This document shows positions 37,441-50,028 of a stretch of DNA of 64,000 bases, one piece after another. The stretch's first letter is position 1. Each line of letters begins with the position of its first letter. Source of the DNA: Nageia nagi (lineage: Eukaryota > Plantae > Pinophyta); the NCBI GenBank assembly GCA_050084985.1, contig JBITNC010000001.1, forward strand, positions 201,810,001-201,874,000, written 5' to 3'. A model generated the notes under the pieces. That model ran no database searches. It had not been told where the DNA came from and worked only from the letters and a program-made list of their open reading frames with translations. The position numbers were made by a program, and so were the translations under genes.

Positions 37441-40185
37441 TGTGATGTCCCCCTTGCATTATTATCAGTAATTGTGAAATCCAACGGATTCCCCTTTGTA
37501 ATATATTTTATTATTGCATCGTACTTTCAAGTTGTAGCTTGGGATAGAAGACTTAATGGGCCCATGGACCCCACTGTGAGCCCCAAGTGGGTCGTCTCCC
37601 TCCCAAGCATAGATTAGGTGTTTTATTATAATTGGAGATCCCGATCTTGATTGTGGGAATCCCAAGGTTTGTTTTGCACTTAAGTGGATGGATAAGCACC
37701 TGTATACATGTGCCAACCTTGGGAAGACTCTTAGACCCCCCCGTTGGCCCATTATGACACCTAGATCCCATGCATGGCTCCTAGACCCACATTGGGCATA
37801 CGTGGCACTCCTAGACCCCCACGTTAGCATTAATGGCACTTCAAGCCCCCACATTGGCATGCATGACCCCTAGGCACCCACGTTGGGCATACTGCGCACC
37901 TAAGAGGCTAACGTTGGGATTAAGAAGTCGGGTGATGACTCCTAGGTGAGATCCAGAAAAAGTTGAGTGTATAAAGAGATATTAGAGCCTCATTGTTGGA
38001 TATACATGATTATACTATTATCTCTTGATATCGTCATGTGGACAAAAGTCTTAGCAACGTTAAGCAATCCCCTAGGTGCATCATCTAAGAGGGCTATCAG
38101 GCTGAGCGATCCTGATTGTCTACGGCATTGGTGTAGCACCCTTGCCCATCCGATGGTATTCCGAGGTTGAGCTTCTACCATTCAGTTGGTCGCCAAGATC
38201 AGAGGAGGGCACCTTTGCTAGAGAGGATTTAGGTTCTAAGGGAGTGAGGTTGTCCCATGGTTCTACTTGTCCATCTAGCATTGATGATACACGATTCGCC
38301 CTAGTTGGCTCCTTGGAGGCCAACATCCAACTCTGGGAGCTATGTATTTTATTGTTGTGACATTCATATCTTCTATACAGTCATTGGGCACTTGGATCTT
38401 ACTTTTTTGTTGTGTATACTTGTCTATTGGCATCGTTTGATTACTTTGGCATGTATGTGTTTGAATGAGCCAGACATTGGCATTGTGGGATTGTGTTGTT
38501 TGATATATGCTAGCTGTAGCCAGATGTTGGCATATTTGCATTATTGGGGTTTGATTTCGATGCCCTAGACTAGACATTAGGGTTTATTGGATTGAATTTG
38601 CTTAATTGCACTTGACTTTGTGTTTGGATCCTTACAACCATGAGGAGTATGACGGAGGTAGTACAAAATCAATTGGCCAAAATAGATGCTTGGTTTGGGA
38701 GGAAGGAAGTCCCAAGAAGACACGTGAGCCCTCCACATTCTATTCTGGAAGAGAAGGAAGAACCAAGGGAGAAGGAAAAAATGGAAAAAGAGCCTAGTTT
38801 AAGGAGATCGCATAGCTTGAGGGATAGAGGATCCACTCATCACTAGTCCATGAGTCACCAAGAGCATATGTTTGTGAGGTCCCATTCTCTTAGGGCACCG
38901 CAGGGGACTAACCCTCTCCTAGGAAGGTTCCTGGAAGAAGACGTTGTGAAGATAGGAGAGCATCCCATCATTCTCAAACCGTCCAAGCCCATGTTCGCCA
39001 TGAAATCTGCAAATGAGGTAAAAAATTGGGTCCCGAATCCTCTTGAGTTGAATTGGATTTTTAGAGAATATTCTATGCTAGATTCAAGATTGAGGAAGGA
39101 TATGAATTTCAATAGCTATTTGGATATCTTAGGATTGAAGGGAAGTAGTTCTCATGGCATCCACTCTCAAGGCAATTCATGGGGTGAAAAGAGGGAACTA
39201 CAACAAAAAATTAACAAAATATAGGTTCTGATGTATGATGGAAAGATGACAAGTAGGGCTTGGCTCCATCAACTTCAGACATACTTCACCCTGAGTCCAA
39301 ACATGGTGGAAGAAGATGTAATCCATTTTGCATCATTGCATTTTGAGGGAGATGCTCTCAAATGGTGGCAGCATAGGGCAATTAGCCAAGATTATTCTCA
39401 TATCTCCTCTTTTGATGAATTTGCTCGGAGGTTAGTAAAATAGTTTGCCAGGAAGAAGGAGAATGATTATTTCAAAGAGCTTACATACTTGAGGCAGCAA
39501 GGTATGGTAAATGATTTCATTTCAGACTTTCAGAAAATTGCAATCATGATCCACAACATTTCAGAGGAGAGATTGACCTTCATCTTTCTAGAGGGGTTGA
39601 TGGAACCCTTGTAAGGAATGGTGAAGGTATCAAGGCCAAAAACCCTTAATGATTAACAAGCTTAGGGATCATGTTAGTCTACGGCATTGGTGTAGCACCC
39701 TTGCCCATCTGATGGTATTCCGAGGTTGCACTTCTACCTTCAATGGTTAGCTAGGATTTGAGGAGGGCTCCTTCAGTGGAGAGGATTCAGTTTCTGAGGG
39801 AGCAAGACCTTCCCATCTGTCCGTCCAACTTGAGGATATTTGTTGTGCCCTAGTTGGCTCCTTTGAGGCCAACATCAACCCTATTGGGTTTGGTATTGTA
39901 TTGTTGCTATATTTATATCATTCATACAACCATTAGGCGATTCAATCTCCATTTTACCTTGTATACTTGTCCATGTTTGCATCGTTGAATTATTATTGTC
40001 CATGTATGCTTGTGTAAGCCATATGTTGGCATTGTGAGGGTTTCAATATTGACATATGCTAGTTGAGGCCAGACCTTGGCATTGTTGTGTTGTGCATGCT
40101 TAATTTGAATGCCCTAGAACAAATGTTGGAGTTTAATTGCATTGTTTGAGTTGTTTGCACTTGATATTGTAATTGGAGCTTTACA
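37441..40185 (+). mobile_element. Deleted or chimeric gypsy element: LTR 37441-38636, gag 38640-39655, partial LTR ~39660-40185
   Basis: gag motifs MYDGKMTSRAWLHQLQTYF and ASLHFEGDALKWW. PBS and pol are missing, the two LTRs are clearly diverged, and there is no TSD. Confidence 0.8.
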
Positions 40186-43100
40186 AAACTTGACAATGTC
40201 TTGGAATCTTTTGTAGGAAAACTACTTCACTATTCATTCCAAAGGATGCCATGGAAGAACCCTAGTTCTAACGAATTCTCAAGATAGTTTCTTTAACCTC
40301 ATGGTCGAATAATAGTTAGAATCCCTTTTGTGAGGAAGTTCAATTTCTTCTTGCTTTTGTCAAAGAGAAATTTCAAATGCTGCCCTCAAAGATTCCCCTC
40401 TTTGCTGCATTTGTTTTCGTAGAACCGTAGATTTTTGTAATGCCACTTGAGTTAGTTCATATTTCCTTTTCCATTCTAAGCTTTCTTCTTTTGTCTCTAT
40501 CAACAATTCACAAACATCATCATGGTTTTCTTCTAATGCTTCATACTTCCTTTGTATACTGGCAAACTTATCCAAATTCTTTCTTGCATCCTCATTACGT
40601 TTTTTACTTTTTCTGTTATTTGCAATTTGTCTTAAAGTGAGTGGCTTTATGTTCTCAATTCATTTTTGATGGTTTTCAGTTTAGTGTCCAGTTCAGATAC
40701 TCTAGAGAGTGCAACTTGATCCCTCCTCTATGCCTCCACGAAGTTTGACTTGATGTTTGCAAGCTCAATACGAAGGGTGTTTACTTGTTCTTGTTCCTAT
40801 AGTGATGGTTGTTGTGTGTCTTTCCCTCGGTCCAGTGGAATAGTTCTTTCTGCATCTCAAACCATCTTCAATAGATCCTTCCTTCCTTTAAAATCCAAAT
40901 ATGTCTTAAAGTCTACCATCTTTTTGTATTTTTCTGATATCTTATTGTACTCTATATTCTTTCTTTCTTCCAGCCTATTTTTGATCCCGTAAATAGGAAA
41001 CATCCTTCAGACGGTACTATTTAGCATACCCACAAGCTCAGATCGACACAACGTCATCTTGCCTCTCGGACAGCTACTAGATAGTCACAGCTTGTACGAT
41101 AGTTGTACATCACTAGCTTCTTTCCCTCTAGAGGTGATCCCTCGGTCTTAGATGCTAGGAAAGACTCGCGAGCCTTGCTTAGCCCTTCTAGTCTAGGACA
41201 CTATGCCTAGAGTGAACAAATCTACATTTAATGATTGAGGATGTTGGTATTGTTTCACTCGATGTAGTGTAGCGTAGCTTTATCGCTTTTTGTGTTTACT
41301 TTGTAAGTTTCTGGGGTTTCTCGTCCTAGCATTTCTACGTTTAGTTGGATTGTACTTTTCAAGTCCCATTGACCTATTTTGATCACCCGAGGACATTAAT
41401 AATATTTCTATATGTAGCTTGTCTAATTCTGCTCCTTTGGATCAACAACTTCTTTCACCATAGCTATTAGAGTATCTATCTTATGTTCATTCATCTGGCT
41501 AATTTTAAAATTCTCTTTCTACATTTTGCCAATTTTATATTTGAATTTTCCAGATCCTTATTCCTCCATCTCAAAAATAATTTTCACTCTTGCCAACATG
41601 AATTGCCACCAAAAATAAATTTCAAAGTTGAAATAAAACTACTAAAACCTGGAATAATGCATAATTAACTCCAAACCTTAGCAAGTATGCCAAGATTCCA
41701 TACGTCCAAGCTCAATTGAGAGAATTTTTGCAGTTTCAAGGCGAATTAAGCTTCTTCAATACCCGTCTCACTTCCAGCTATCAAATCTTAGCAATGCTTG
41801 CAAAAATGTCCCAACATCTCCATTTTAGCCTTCATGGTGCAGATACCACTATGAAAATGTGTCAAATTTAGCAGTTTGAATCCTCTTGTGGCTCAAGGAC
41901 CTCCTTCCAGTGACTAACTGCAAAAATTCTAAGCAATTTGAATCATAATGACTCAATGACCTTACAGAAACTCTCAAAATCAAGATTCCATGGTGAAAAT
42001 CTAACAATACCTGTAGTTGGATCTCACTATAATGCAAACACTCATCAAAATTGGTCTTAGAATGCCAACAACCTCCTCAATGCAGCTCCAGAATGCATAA
42101 TAGTCTCCAAAAATGCCAATGTCTACCCCATAATGGATTCAAAATGCATATCGATCATTCAAAACACCCTTAGAATGCCACTATCCTCCTTACTAAGCCT
42201 CCAAAACGCTGAACAGATCTCAATTCTTGTCTCAATATACCAACAATAGTCTCAAAGTGACAGAATGACCTCAGATCTAGGCCTCAAGTCATACGTTCCT
42301 CCTTGAAGCCTCAAAACTCAAAATTGTGGTCACTATAGGTCCAACGAATTGCCAGAAGGGTGAGCTCTATCCTCTAGACCTCTAACGTAGCACTCCTAGT
42401 ATTGAGATCCAATAGACTTGATGCCAGAATATCAATGTTCGTCTTCCAGGTATAGAATACTCATATCTCTACAATTTTTCAAAACTATCACCATGAACTC
42501 AGGTCAATATCGTTGTAAAACTTGTTCCAAATCTTCTAGCAGGACAACAAGATCATTTTAGCAAATACTCCTTACCCGAAAGAAAAGGGTAAGATCTCCT
42601 CAACAAGTGTTACCAATGTGATCTGTGATATCTCCTTAAACCTTCTTACAACCAGAATGGCAAGAACTCCTCTTCAGCTCAACTTGAAAAATACTTTGTG
42701 TGCAAAACCTTTGATTCCCGCAGAATGGTAAAATCAAGGCTCTGATACCATTGTGATGATCCCAAACCGGTGGATCATGCTCAAACGTGCACTAGGAGAG
42801 GGACGTTCGGTTTGGAGCTTCGAATCTAGCCAATGCAACTCAAAAATACCCAAACACTCCAACATCTAGCTAATTTATGATAGAAATGCAAATCAAACCA
42901 CAAAATATCTCCAAATACCCAACATAGCACTTCAGGAAGTAAACAAATATTTAACTACGAAATTACTCTTCTAGATCCAATGTCCAAGCACAAAGAGACA
43001 AAATACCAAAATGTAGACAGAAAATGTAATTGTATTGATAGAACAAGAGAGTAACGCAATTACAATGTTTTTGTGCCTAAGGAGCTTACACCAAAGTTGC

Positions 43101-44114
43101 CTCCAATAGGGTTATTGTGGATAGCTCAAAAGCCTCACCAATCACAGTAATAACAAGGCCAAGCCTAGAGCTTCCCTACTCCTCTGTGATGGAAACAACA
43201 ATGTTCCTCTCCCGAATGGTCGGAGTAAGCTCAAGGCTAGCCTTCAATCACCTCAAGACCTCAAATGCAAATTGCTCCACAAGTGGCAAAGAAAACGTTC
43301 TCACACTCAATCCGATAAAAGGGGGTTTTAATCATCAATTCAACACATCTTGAGTAATCTAGTAATCCTCCTTATATAGGAGAGGTAGTCCATCTTCTAA
43401 TCTTGCATTGAATTGATCTAACAGTGGAGAGAGGTGATACGTATGCTCTTAGAGTCAACGTCCAAGATTGAGAGCCCTAGGATAAATGAGATCACATCCA
43501 AGGGCCTAGAAATGCAACGTTAAAATAACAGGGCCTTTAATGCTTCTTGGAATCAGTTCCATTGACAAGGATGCCTCTTGGGGTGTGACGTGGGATCCTG
43601 CAGTGACTAAATGCCCAACATGAGGTCTTGAGGTCCACATAAGCCCAACATCTAAGGAGGAGTGCTCATAAATGCCTCATGATGCCAAATTTCTCTCTAG
43701 ATGTGCCATGTCCAAGCTTGAGTGTCTTTGTGATGCCTCGAAGTTGGTGTAATCACCTAGGTGGATGCTCTACCTCGAAGAGGGAAGCATTAATGACAAG
43801 AGGACCATTTAATGCCAACATTACATTCATCAAGGCTAGAAATATGCAAGGCCTCATTGCTAGAGACTACTATTGCATTTACAAATATAATTGCCTTGGT
43901 ATCATTAATACACATTATTGGCATAATTAGGCACTTAACTATACATAATGAACTAATAAAAAGGCCCATCGTTCCATAATTAGAGCATTTAACTAAGTTT
44001 CTAAGTGGAACTTATAATAATTGGCCAAAAACTACTAAAATATACAAAATCACACCTAAGGCAATGTTCCCAAAGGTGAAATGGGGAAAACACCATAAAA
44101 ATGGGGACATTATA
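40186..44114 (-). mobile_element. LTR retrotransposon 5' part: LTR 42752-44114, PBS 42739-42750, long leader, decayed coiled-coil-like ORF (~40360-41000)
   Basis: Perfect reverse-complement PBS GCTCTGATACCA next to TGTGATGATCCC. The LTR's other end is GGGGACATTATA. Confidence 0.72.
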
Positions 44115-44469
44115 GTTTGGCATTGTTTATTTGTGTTTGGCTTCCTAATCACCTACATTGGGTGATTAAGCATAATTGTGGATTGTTTACTACGTTTGAT
44201 GTATTGTATCATTTTGTGCTTGATTGGTAAGATTCGAAGGTCAAAGGAAAATGCCACTTTCTTAGGGCACGTTTGAGCATGAGCCAACAATTTGGGCTCG
44301 TCACACACACCTAATGCCACTTTAACTTTATTTTTTACATTTCTTTTTTTAATACAAAAATCACTACTAAGACTCCTAAAAAGTGTGCCCCACTTTGACA
44401 TGACTAGTTTGACATTTTAATGAATTAAAACAAGTGGGGTCCATAAGGTCTTCAAAAGGGGACATTACA

Positions 44470-44760
44470 AACATCTATGCTTCAGTTGCAGTTTTGAGAC
44501 ACCATTTAGGAAATTTCTTTGAAGTTGAAGAGGAATCATGAGAGACTTCTTACACTTCCCTATCACTTGTCAAGGTACTTTCTGAATCACTTGGAGTGGG
44601 TGAACTAGATTCTAGTTGTTCTCTAGCAGTACTATGTTGAAGAAGTTTCAACTCCTTAACACAAGCATCTTTGATTCCTTCATCAAAGATTACATCCCTA
44701 GATACATAAGGATTACATCTAAGATTACATCTCTAGATACTTGGATCTCAAAAAGCCATT
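44470..44760 (-). pseudogene. Ty1/copia integrase C-terminal remnant
   Basis: VSRDVIFDE motif, locally triplicated (GATTACATC x3, 44686-44740). Confidence 0.6.
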
Positions 44761-45129
44761 AGCATAATGCTTGATACCCAACATCCACTTGGAATAAATA
44801 ATTGTAAGAACAATAAGCAAGCAATAGAATGGAATAATTATAGCCTAGAAGTAGAAGGATGGAGAAGTATGCGCATTTTCTAACATGCTTCCCAACTACC
44901 ATTGTGATGGTGGTGCAAACCATAGGCATAGCCATGAATTTCAAAGTTCGGAAGGTTAGCCGCATGTTTTCTATATGGGAAAAGATTTATGTTGTTCTAA
45001 TGATCCTTCAAATCCATGAGTTGTAAACTCTTGTGATCCTTTGTTTTCTCTTCGAATTTCAAATAAAGATTCAAACATAAATGTGCGTAGACACTTGACC
45101 CACTCAATCATTTGTAAAATTAAAGGTAA

Positions 45130-45700
45130 ACACCCTTGTCTGGAGGAGCATGAAGATCTTGCTTACAAATGATGGGCATGCGATCTTTATATTATTATGC
45201 TTCCTTGTAACTTCTTTGTTGTTTTTTTCGATGATCGAGCAAATAAAAAAAGGTTTTTGGAAAACAAGCATGGTTGGTTTTTTGGTCAAAGAAGCATATT
45301 TATACGTCCTTGGACCCCCGATTTTAACCCCATTACATAAACAATTGATGGTTTTTCGGTTTGGGTAAACCTCTATGTGCTTCATGTACAGTTCTAAAGA
45401 GAAAAGAGCTTCACCAAGATTGGAAATGCCATTGGTATTTTTTTGTACATGGACAACAAAACAAAGGTAAATACATCCAATCGATATAATTTGAGTAAAG
45501 CAAGATTAGCTGTTTGGATGGATGACTTTGTTCCTTCACCATTGTCTATCAAGCTTTCCTCAAGTTCGAGGAATTGGACCCAAATTTTGAATATGAAAAT
45601 TTCTTGCTAAGATGTTATAGCAGCCAACAATATGGGCACATGACAAAAGAATGACCAATCATCCAGTCGTGCCCTAATTACTCAACATAGAAAGAGAAGG
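45130..45700 (+). pseudogene. L1-clade LINE ORF1 remnant (DUF4283 plus CX2CX4HX4C-type knuckle)
   Basis: Frames read GWFFGQRSIFIRPWTPDFNP, VWVNL, KIGNAIG, ARLAVWMD, YENFLLRCYSSQQYGHM. Confidence 0.8.
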
Positions 45701-46838
45701 TTCCACATGCAATTGATCCTGTAGCTTCTCCCATCTCTGTTCAGAAAAATGAGACCCATCTTCCTGACAGAGAACATAATCAAATAAGCAACAGTAGACT
45801 CCATAACACAAAAAGGATTTGAATCAATCTAATGGCAAAAAACAATTGGCTACCAATGCTCATACAACCAGACCCTTTGAAAAGAAGAGCAACTCTGTTG
45901 TTTCTCTTGAAGCTAATTGTGAATCAACCAGGGATAATCAGCTTTCTGCAAATGCAATTGCAGAACAAAATGAGATTTTGGACCAGTCAAATGAAATATG
46001 TGAATTGGCTACCAAAGATGACCCACCCAGATGCACCAAAAATATTGGCTCTCCAAAATAAAAAAAATTGAAGCTAATTATGAAACTATCAAAGATCATC
46101 AACTGAAAATACAGATTCTATTAAAGATGCCACCATCAGATATTACGTCAGAAGTGTGAAGTGTAAAATGCATTCTCAGACTTAGCCATGCTGAAAGTGG
46201 AGGAACCTCTGTTTGCAAGAAATAACAATCGAAAGACCAACAGGCAACATAATCAGTAGTAATCACAGGGACTATGAAAGTTGTAGCACATCCATCTGCT
46301 ACTAAATACTACCGTTGGATACATTCCCAATGGCTACGGTTCAATCTCAGTGGTTACAAGTACTGTACAAGACCCATTTAAACACAGCGTTTGAGTTTTT
46401 GAACTATGAAAGGATCATGTAAAATGTCTGATCATATTGTAAACTGTTTCTGTAAGGTTATGGCGTGGGGCTATCAAGTTGGCAGCCTCCCCTTTTGTAC
46501 CAAATTTTGTAAATACACGTTTTGGGTCGTTGTATGAAAAACCATTTATATCATTTGCTTCACCAAAAAAAATGAATGAAATAATTATGATAACATTGAT
46601 GTGGGCACTTGGGACTAAATTTTAAGTATAAAGAATAATAGCCCATCAAACAATCCCAATATCATCGAACACGAGAAAAATCATCAAAACTACATCACAA
46701 ACCATACACATGGAAAGAAAATACAATCTGAACTTCTATGCACATAGAAAGCAAATACAAATCTGAACATGTATATTCAAAAGCGAAACAAATAAAAGGA
46801 AAGAATGACTTCGCTAGATCACAATAATCATAGCATAC

Positions 46839-46904
46839 CTCTTCAATAGGAAATACTCCTCTAACCTTTGCAACATACTCTTTTTGCACTTTCCCAGCTT
46901 CAAT
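46839..46904 (-). CDS. RNA pseudouridine synthase (RluA family, plant PUS7/RPUSD2-like), internal exon A: IEAGKVQKEYVAKVRGVFPIEE
   Basis: 66 nt, phase 0/0. ctgcAG acceptor and GTatgc donor on the minus strand. Contains the RluA KxYxAxVxG motif and joins in frame to exon 6851-6907. Confidence 0.9.
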
Positions 46905-49847
46905 CTGCAGCAATATTTATTGGCATGCATTCAATAAAGGAATAAAATCCTAATATTATTGCATCACATTTAATTGCAAGCATGTGATACTTCTTTCTCA
47001 AGGTGATATCAAATGAAAATTAAAGATAAATTTAGGTATCTGTGTACTCAGACAAACAGGTCTGAAGAAATATCCATAGCAACAAAGAAGAGATTTTAAA
47101 GTGTGGATAATAGGTCAATGTAACAACAAAGAACATCAAGTTTACAATAGGCAGGGAAAAATGGTGGAGGCCAAAGACTAGCTCATAACAAACATATAAA
47201 CTAGAAAGGGAGATGGAATAAACATCATGAGAAACCATAGACATATGATCCATGTCCACATACAAATATATAGAAGCTGGTAGAGGCTAACATAAAAAAC
47301 GGAAGACAGCCTGAGTACCCCTATCATGCATTTCAAGTTATAGGTAGTACTGGTGACCCAACAGCATATCATCCTCAATACTAAGAAGCCATTGACAGGT
47401 GTGATAACAGCCCTTAAGATGGGATGCTAAAGGGCCCAAATGGGTGACCCATAAGGGAAGGGATGTACTCCCCCGAAAAATCTAACATAACATCCAACGT
47501 TGATGAGTCCATGTAGGAAGACACTAACATGTGTCTACCCTTAAGATGTGGTGTATAGGATGGAGGACCTAGAAGATTTCTGAAATTAAGTGCAGCAAAA
47601 CCAAGGAAATAGATAGATGTATATACCTTAATTATCAAAACCTATACGCAGATGGCAATAAAAACTTTGTGATGCTCCAAAATATTCCTTATTCCAAATA
47701 ATAGCAAAATGCGCAACAAACCATGCAATGGTCAAGAAACAATGCCAAAACACAGAAATATTGCCAAAATATCCAACACACAAGCAAATATGAGAGCAAT
47801 GGTGCAACACTTCAATATGTAACAATGAATGATCAAGATACAAGGCAATAGGGCCTGTTGTGCGTGCACATCACCCCCAAAAAATTTTGCATTTTTGAGG
47901 ACCCTCATTACACGAAACATCAAGGTATAAAAGATTTTTCTAAGTCAAATGCATGCCTTCTAGGCCAAACAAGGATAAATGTGGTAAATCTGCATCTTCA
48001 AGTTCAAACAAGTCAGAAATTTGCCATTTTGTCTAGGGCACATGTTTTAGGGGACATGCTTTTGCATGTACCGTAATCGGTGCACCCCCTTCATATTGCA
48101 TAGTTCTTGCATTTCCGGGTTCAAATTACATCTTTCATGTGCATTTCTTACTTGGTCATTATGTAAAATTGCATCCCCCTCCATTGTATTCCATTTTCGA
48201 GGGTCATTTTGAAGGAAATCAGCATATTTTTGGCCTGAGCGCATGGTTTCAAGGACATGCTTTTGCATGTACCAAAATCGATGTGCTCTAGCGGATGAGG
48301 TAGTTTTGACACAACGTATTTTTGAAGGAAAATTGCAAAATGGGCAGAGCGCATGGTTTCAGGGACATGCTTTTGCATGTACCAAAATCGGTGTGCCCTC
48401 TTTCAAGCATGAAAATTTGACTAAGTGTCCAAGTTTTGGACGTCTACCATAAGGGAGACGGATGTGTTCACATGCGTTGGGCCTCCACTCACACCAATCA
48501 CTACATGACACCTGTCCATTTGAGAAAAGTCTATAAAAGGAAGCTCAACTTCAAGATTTAGTTTATCTAGCTAATTTTGGAGCATTGTGCTAAGTCTGGT
48601 TCAGAGAAGCACGTCCCCCAAAGGATGCACCCTATTCTGCATGGTAATTTTGGAGGTAATTTTCACTAAATTATAATTTGTTGCATTGAGGTGTGTGTCA
48701 TGAACCAATGCGAATGATTTTGGAGAAACGTGAAAGCACTCTACCAAATTAGTGCGCCGGCTTCTAGACATCTTGACCCAAAGGCATATTTTTTACTAGT
48801 ATAGAATTTTTCATAAAGCGCCCAAGCGCATGTTTTCTATTACATGCTTTTTCACTCCTCCGAAAGGGAGCCCCCAAAATTCTGGCACATTTTTCAGTTT
48901 AAGTCTTTTTGAGGTGCCTACTTCCTAGGCGCAAGGATTTTGGGACATGCTTTTGCACCCTTCCAAAAGGGTGCAACCAAACAACAAGGGTTTTGAGGAT
49001 GATGAAATTGACTAAGTCCTTTTTTTCATGTACTGAATTTGGTTGGTGCATGTATTCCGGGACATGCTTTTGCGCGTACTCTAGAATGTGCGCCCACCAT
49101 CCAAGCTCCGTTATTTGACCTCATAGTCAACCAATAAGGTGGTGACATGTGGCAAAGTTGAAGGTTATATATAGGAAGTTACCCCTTGTACTATTTACCA
49201 CTTCATTCCATTTTACATCGAGGCTACCAGTCGCACCATTTTCAAGACATGCTCAAGGAATTATCCAAATTTGTGCGCCCGGGAGAGATAAGGGTTTGAG
49301 AAGCCGCCCGAACTACCAAGAGCCATTTTTTTTAAGGGGTGAGTTGGATCTCAGAGTCCGTTTTCTAAAATTCACTTCACATTTTTCTGCACAAGTTTAC
49401 CCTAAATTGACCTATGTGCATGTTTTTCCATTACTGCTTAAGGACTCATCCAAAACAGTGCACTCAGGTCCAGATCAAGAAAACTGGCTAAGTATCCATG
49501 ACTATCAGGTGCATTTCATTCTCCTTTCATTTGTGCATGAAAATTTGAGACGCATACTTTGCGAGACATGAAAACGCACGTGCCCAAATCCATGCACCCA
49601 TCAAGAAGTGGTGATCCGACCTTTCAATATGGAACATTGTTGCCCTGGATTTGACTAAGTGATGTGTTCTCATCTTAGGTGTCTAGTCGCATGTTTTTCA
49701 GGCAGTGAAAAAGCACCCTTCTGAAAAGGTGTGCCCTAGGGATTGTGAGCTAAAATTGACTATGTATTGAGGAAATTAGAAGTCAAACGGCTAAGAAGAC
49801 AAGTGGCATACATGCAATGTGCCATTCATAAAACCTCCATACGACCT

Positions 49848-50020
49848 CTATAAAGAACAATCCCAGTTCATTTTTGCAGGACGTTTCACAGCCTAGACCT
49901 GCACGTCTGGTCATTTTCCTACATTTTCCAAAACACATTCAATTTGGTGCTTGACCCTTTTTAGGGACATTCCCAACCAGAATTCAGGCTTTTCTCTATT
50001 ATTTTCTGCATACTTTTCAG
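49848..50020 (+). promoter_or_regulatory. Candidate TATA box (CTATAAAG) and 5'-UTR 3' splice site for the accessory ORF
   Basis: The minus copy has the same arrangement: TATAAAAA 30356-30363 and an acceptor 9 nt before ATG 30110. Confidence 0.55.
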
Positions 50021-50028
50021 ATTTTAAG

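Larger units (their letters stand above)
6908..46838 (-). other. 39,931-bp GT-AG intron of the pseudouridine synthase gene, filled with nested TEs
   Basis: Flanking exons join in frame with no missing protein segment. No host-gene exon was recognised inside. Confidence 0.85.

Noticed and set aside
37190-40190. Apparent TSD caact/aaact around a TG...CA block
   Set aside because: Both ends are 3' ends of oppositely oriented LTRs, so they cannot be one insertion. A 4/5 match is probably chance.
47032-47378. Minus-strand ORFs next to exon A as further exons
   Set aside because: No RluA similarity (no HRLD motif); AT-rich intron sequence.
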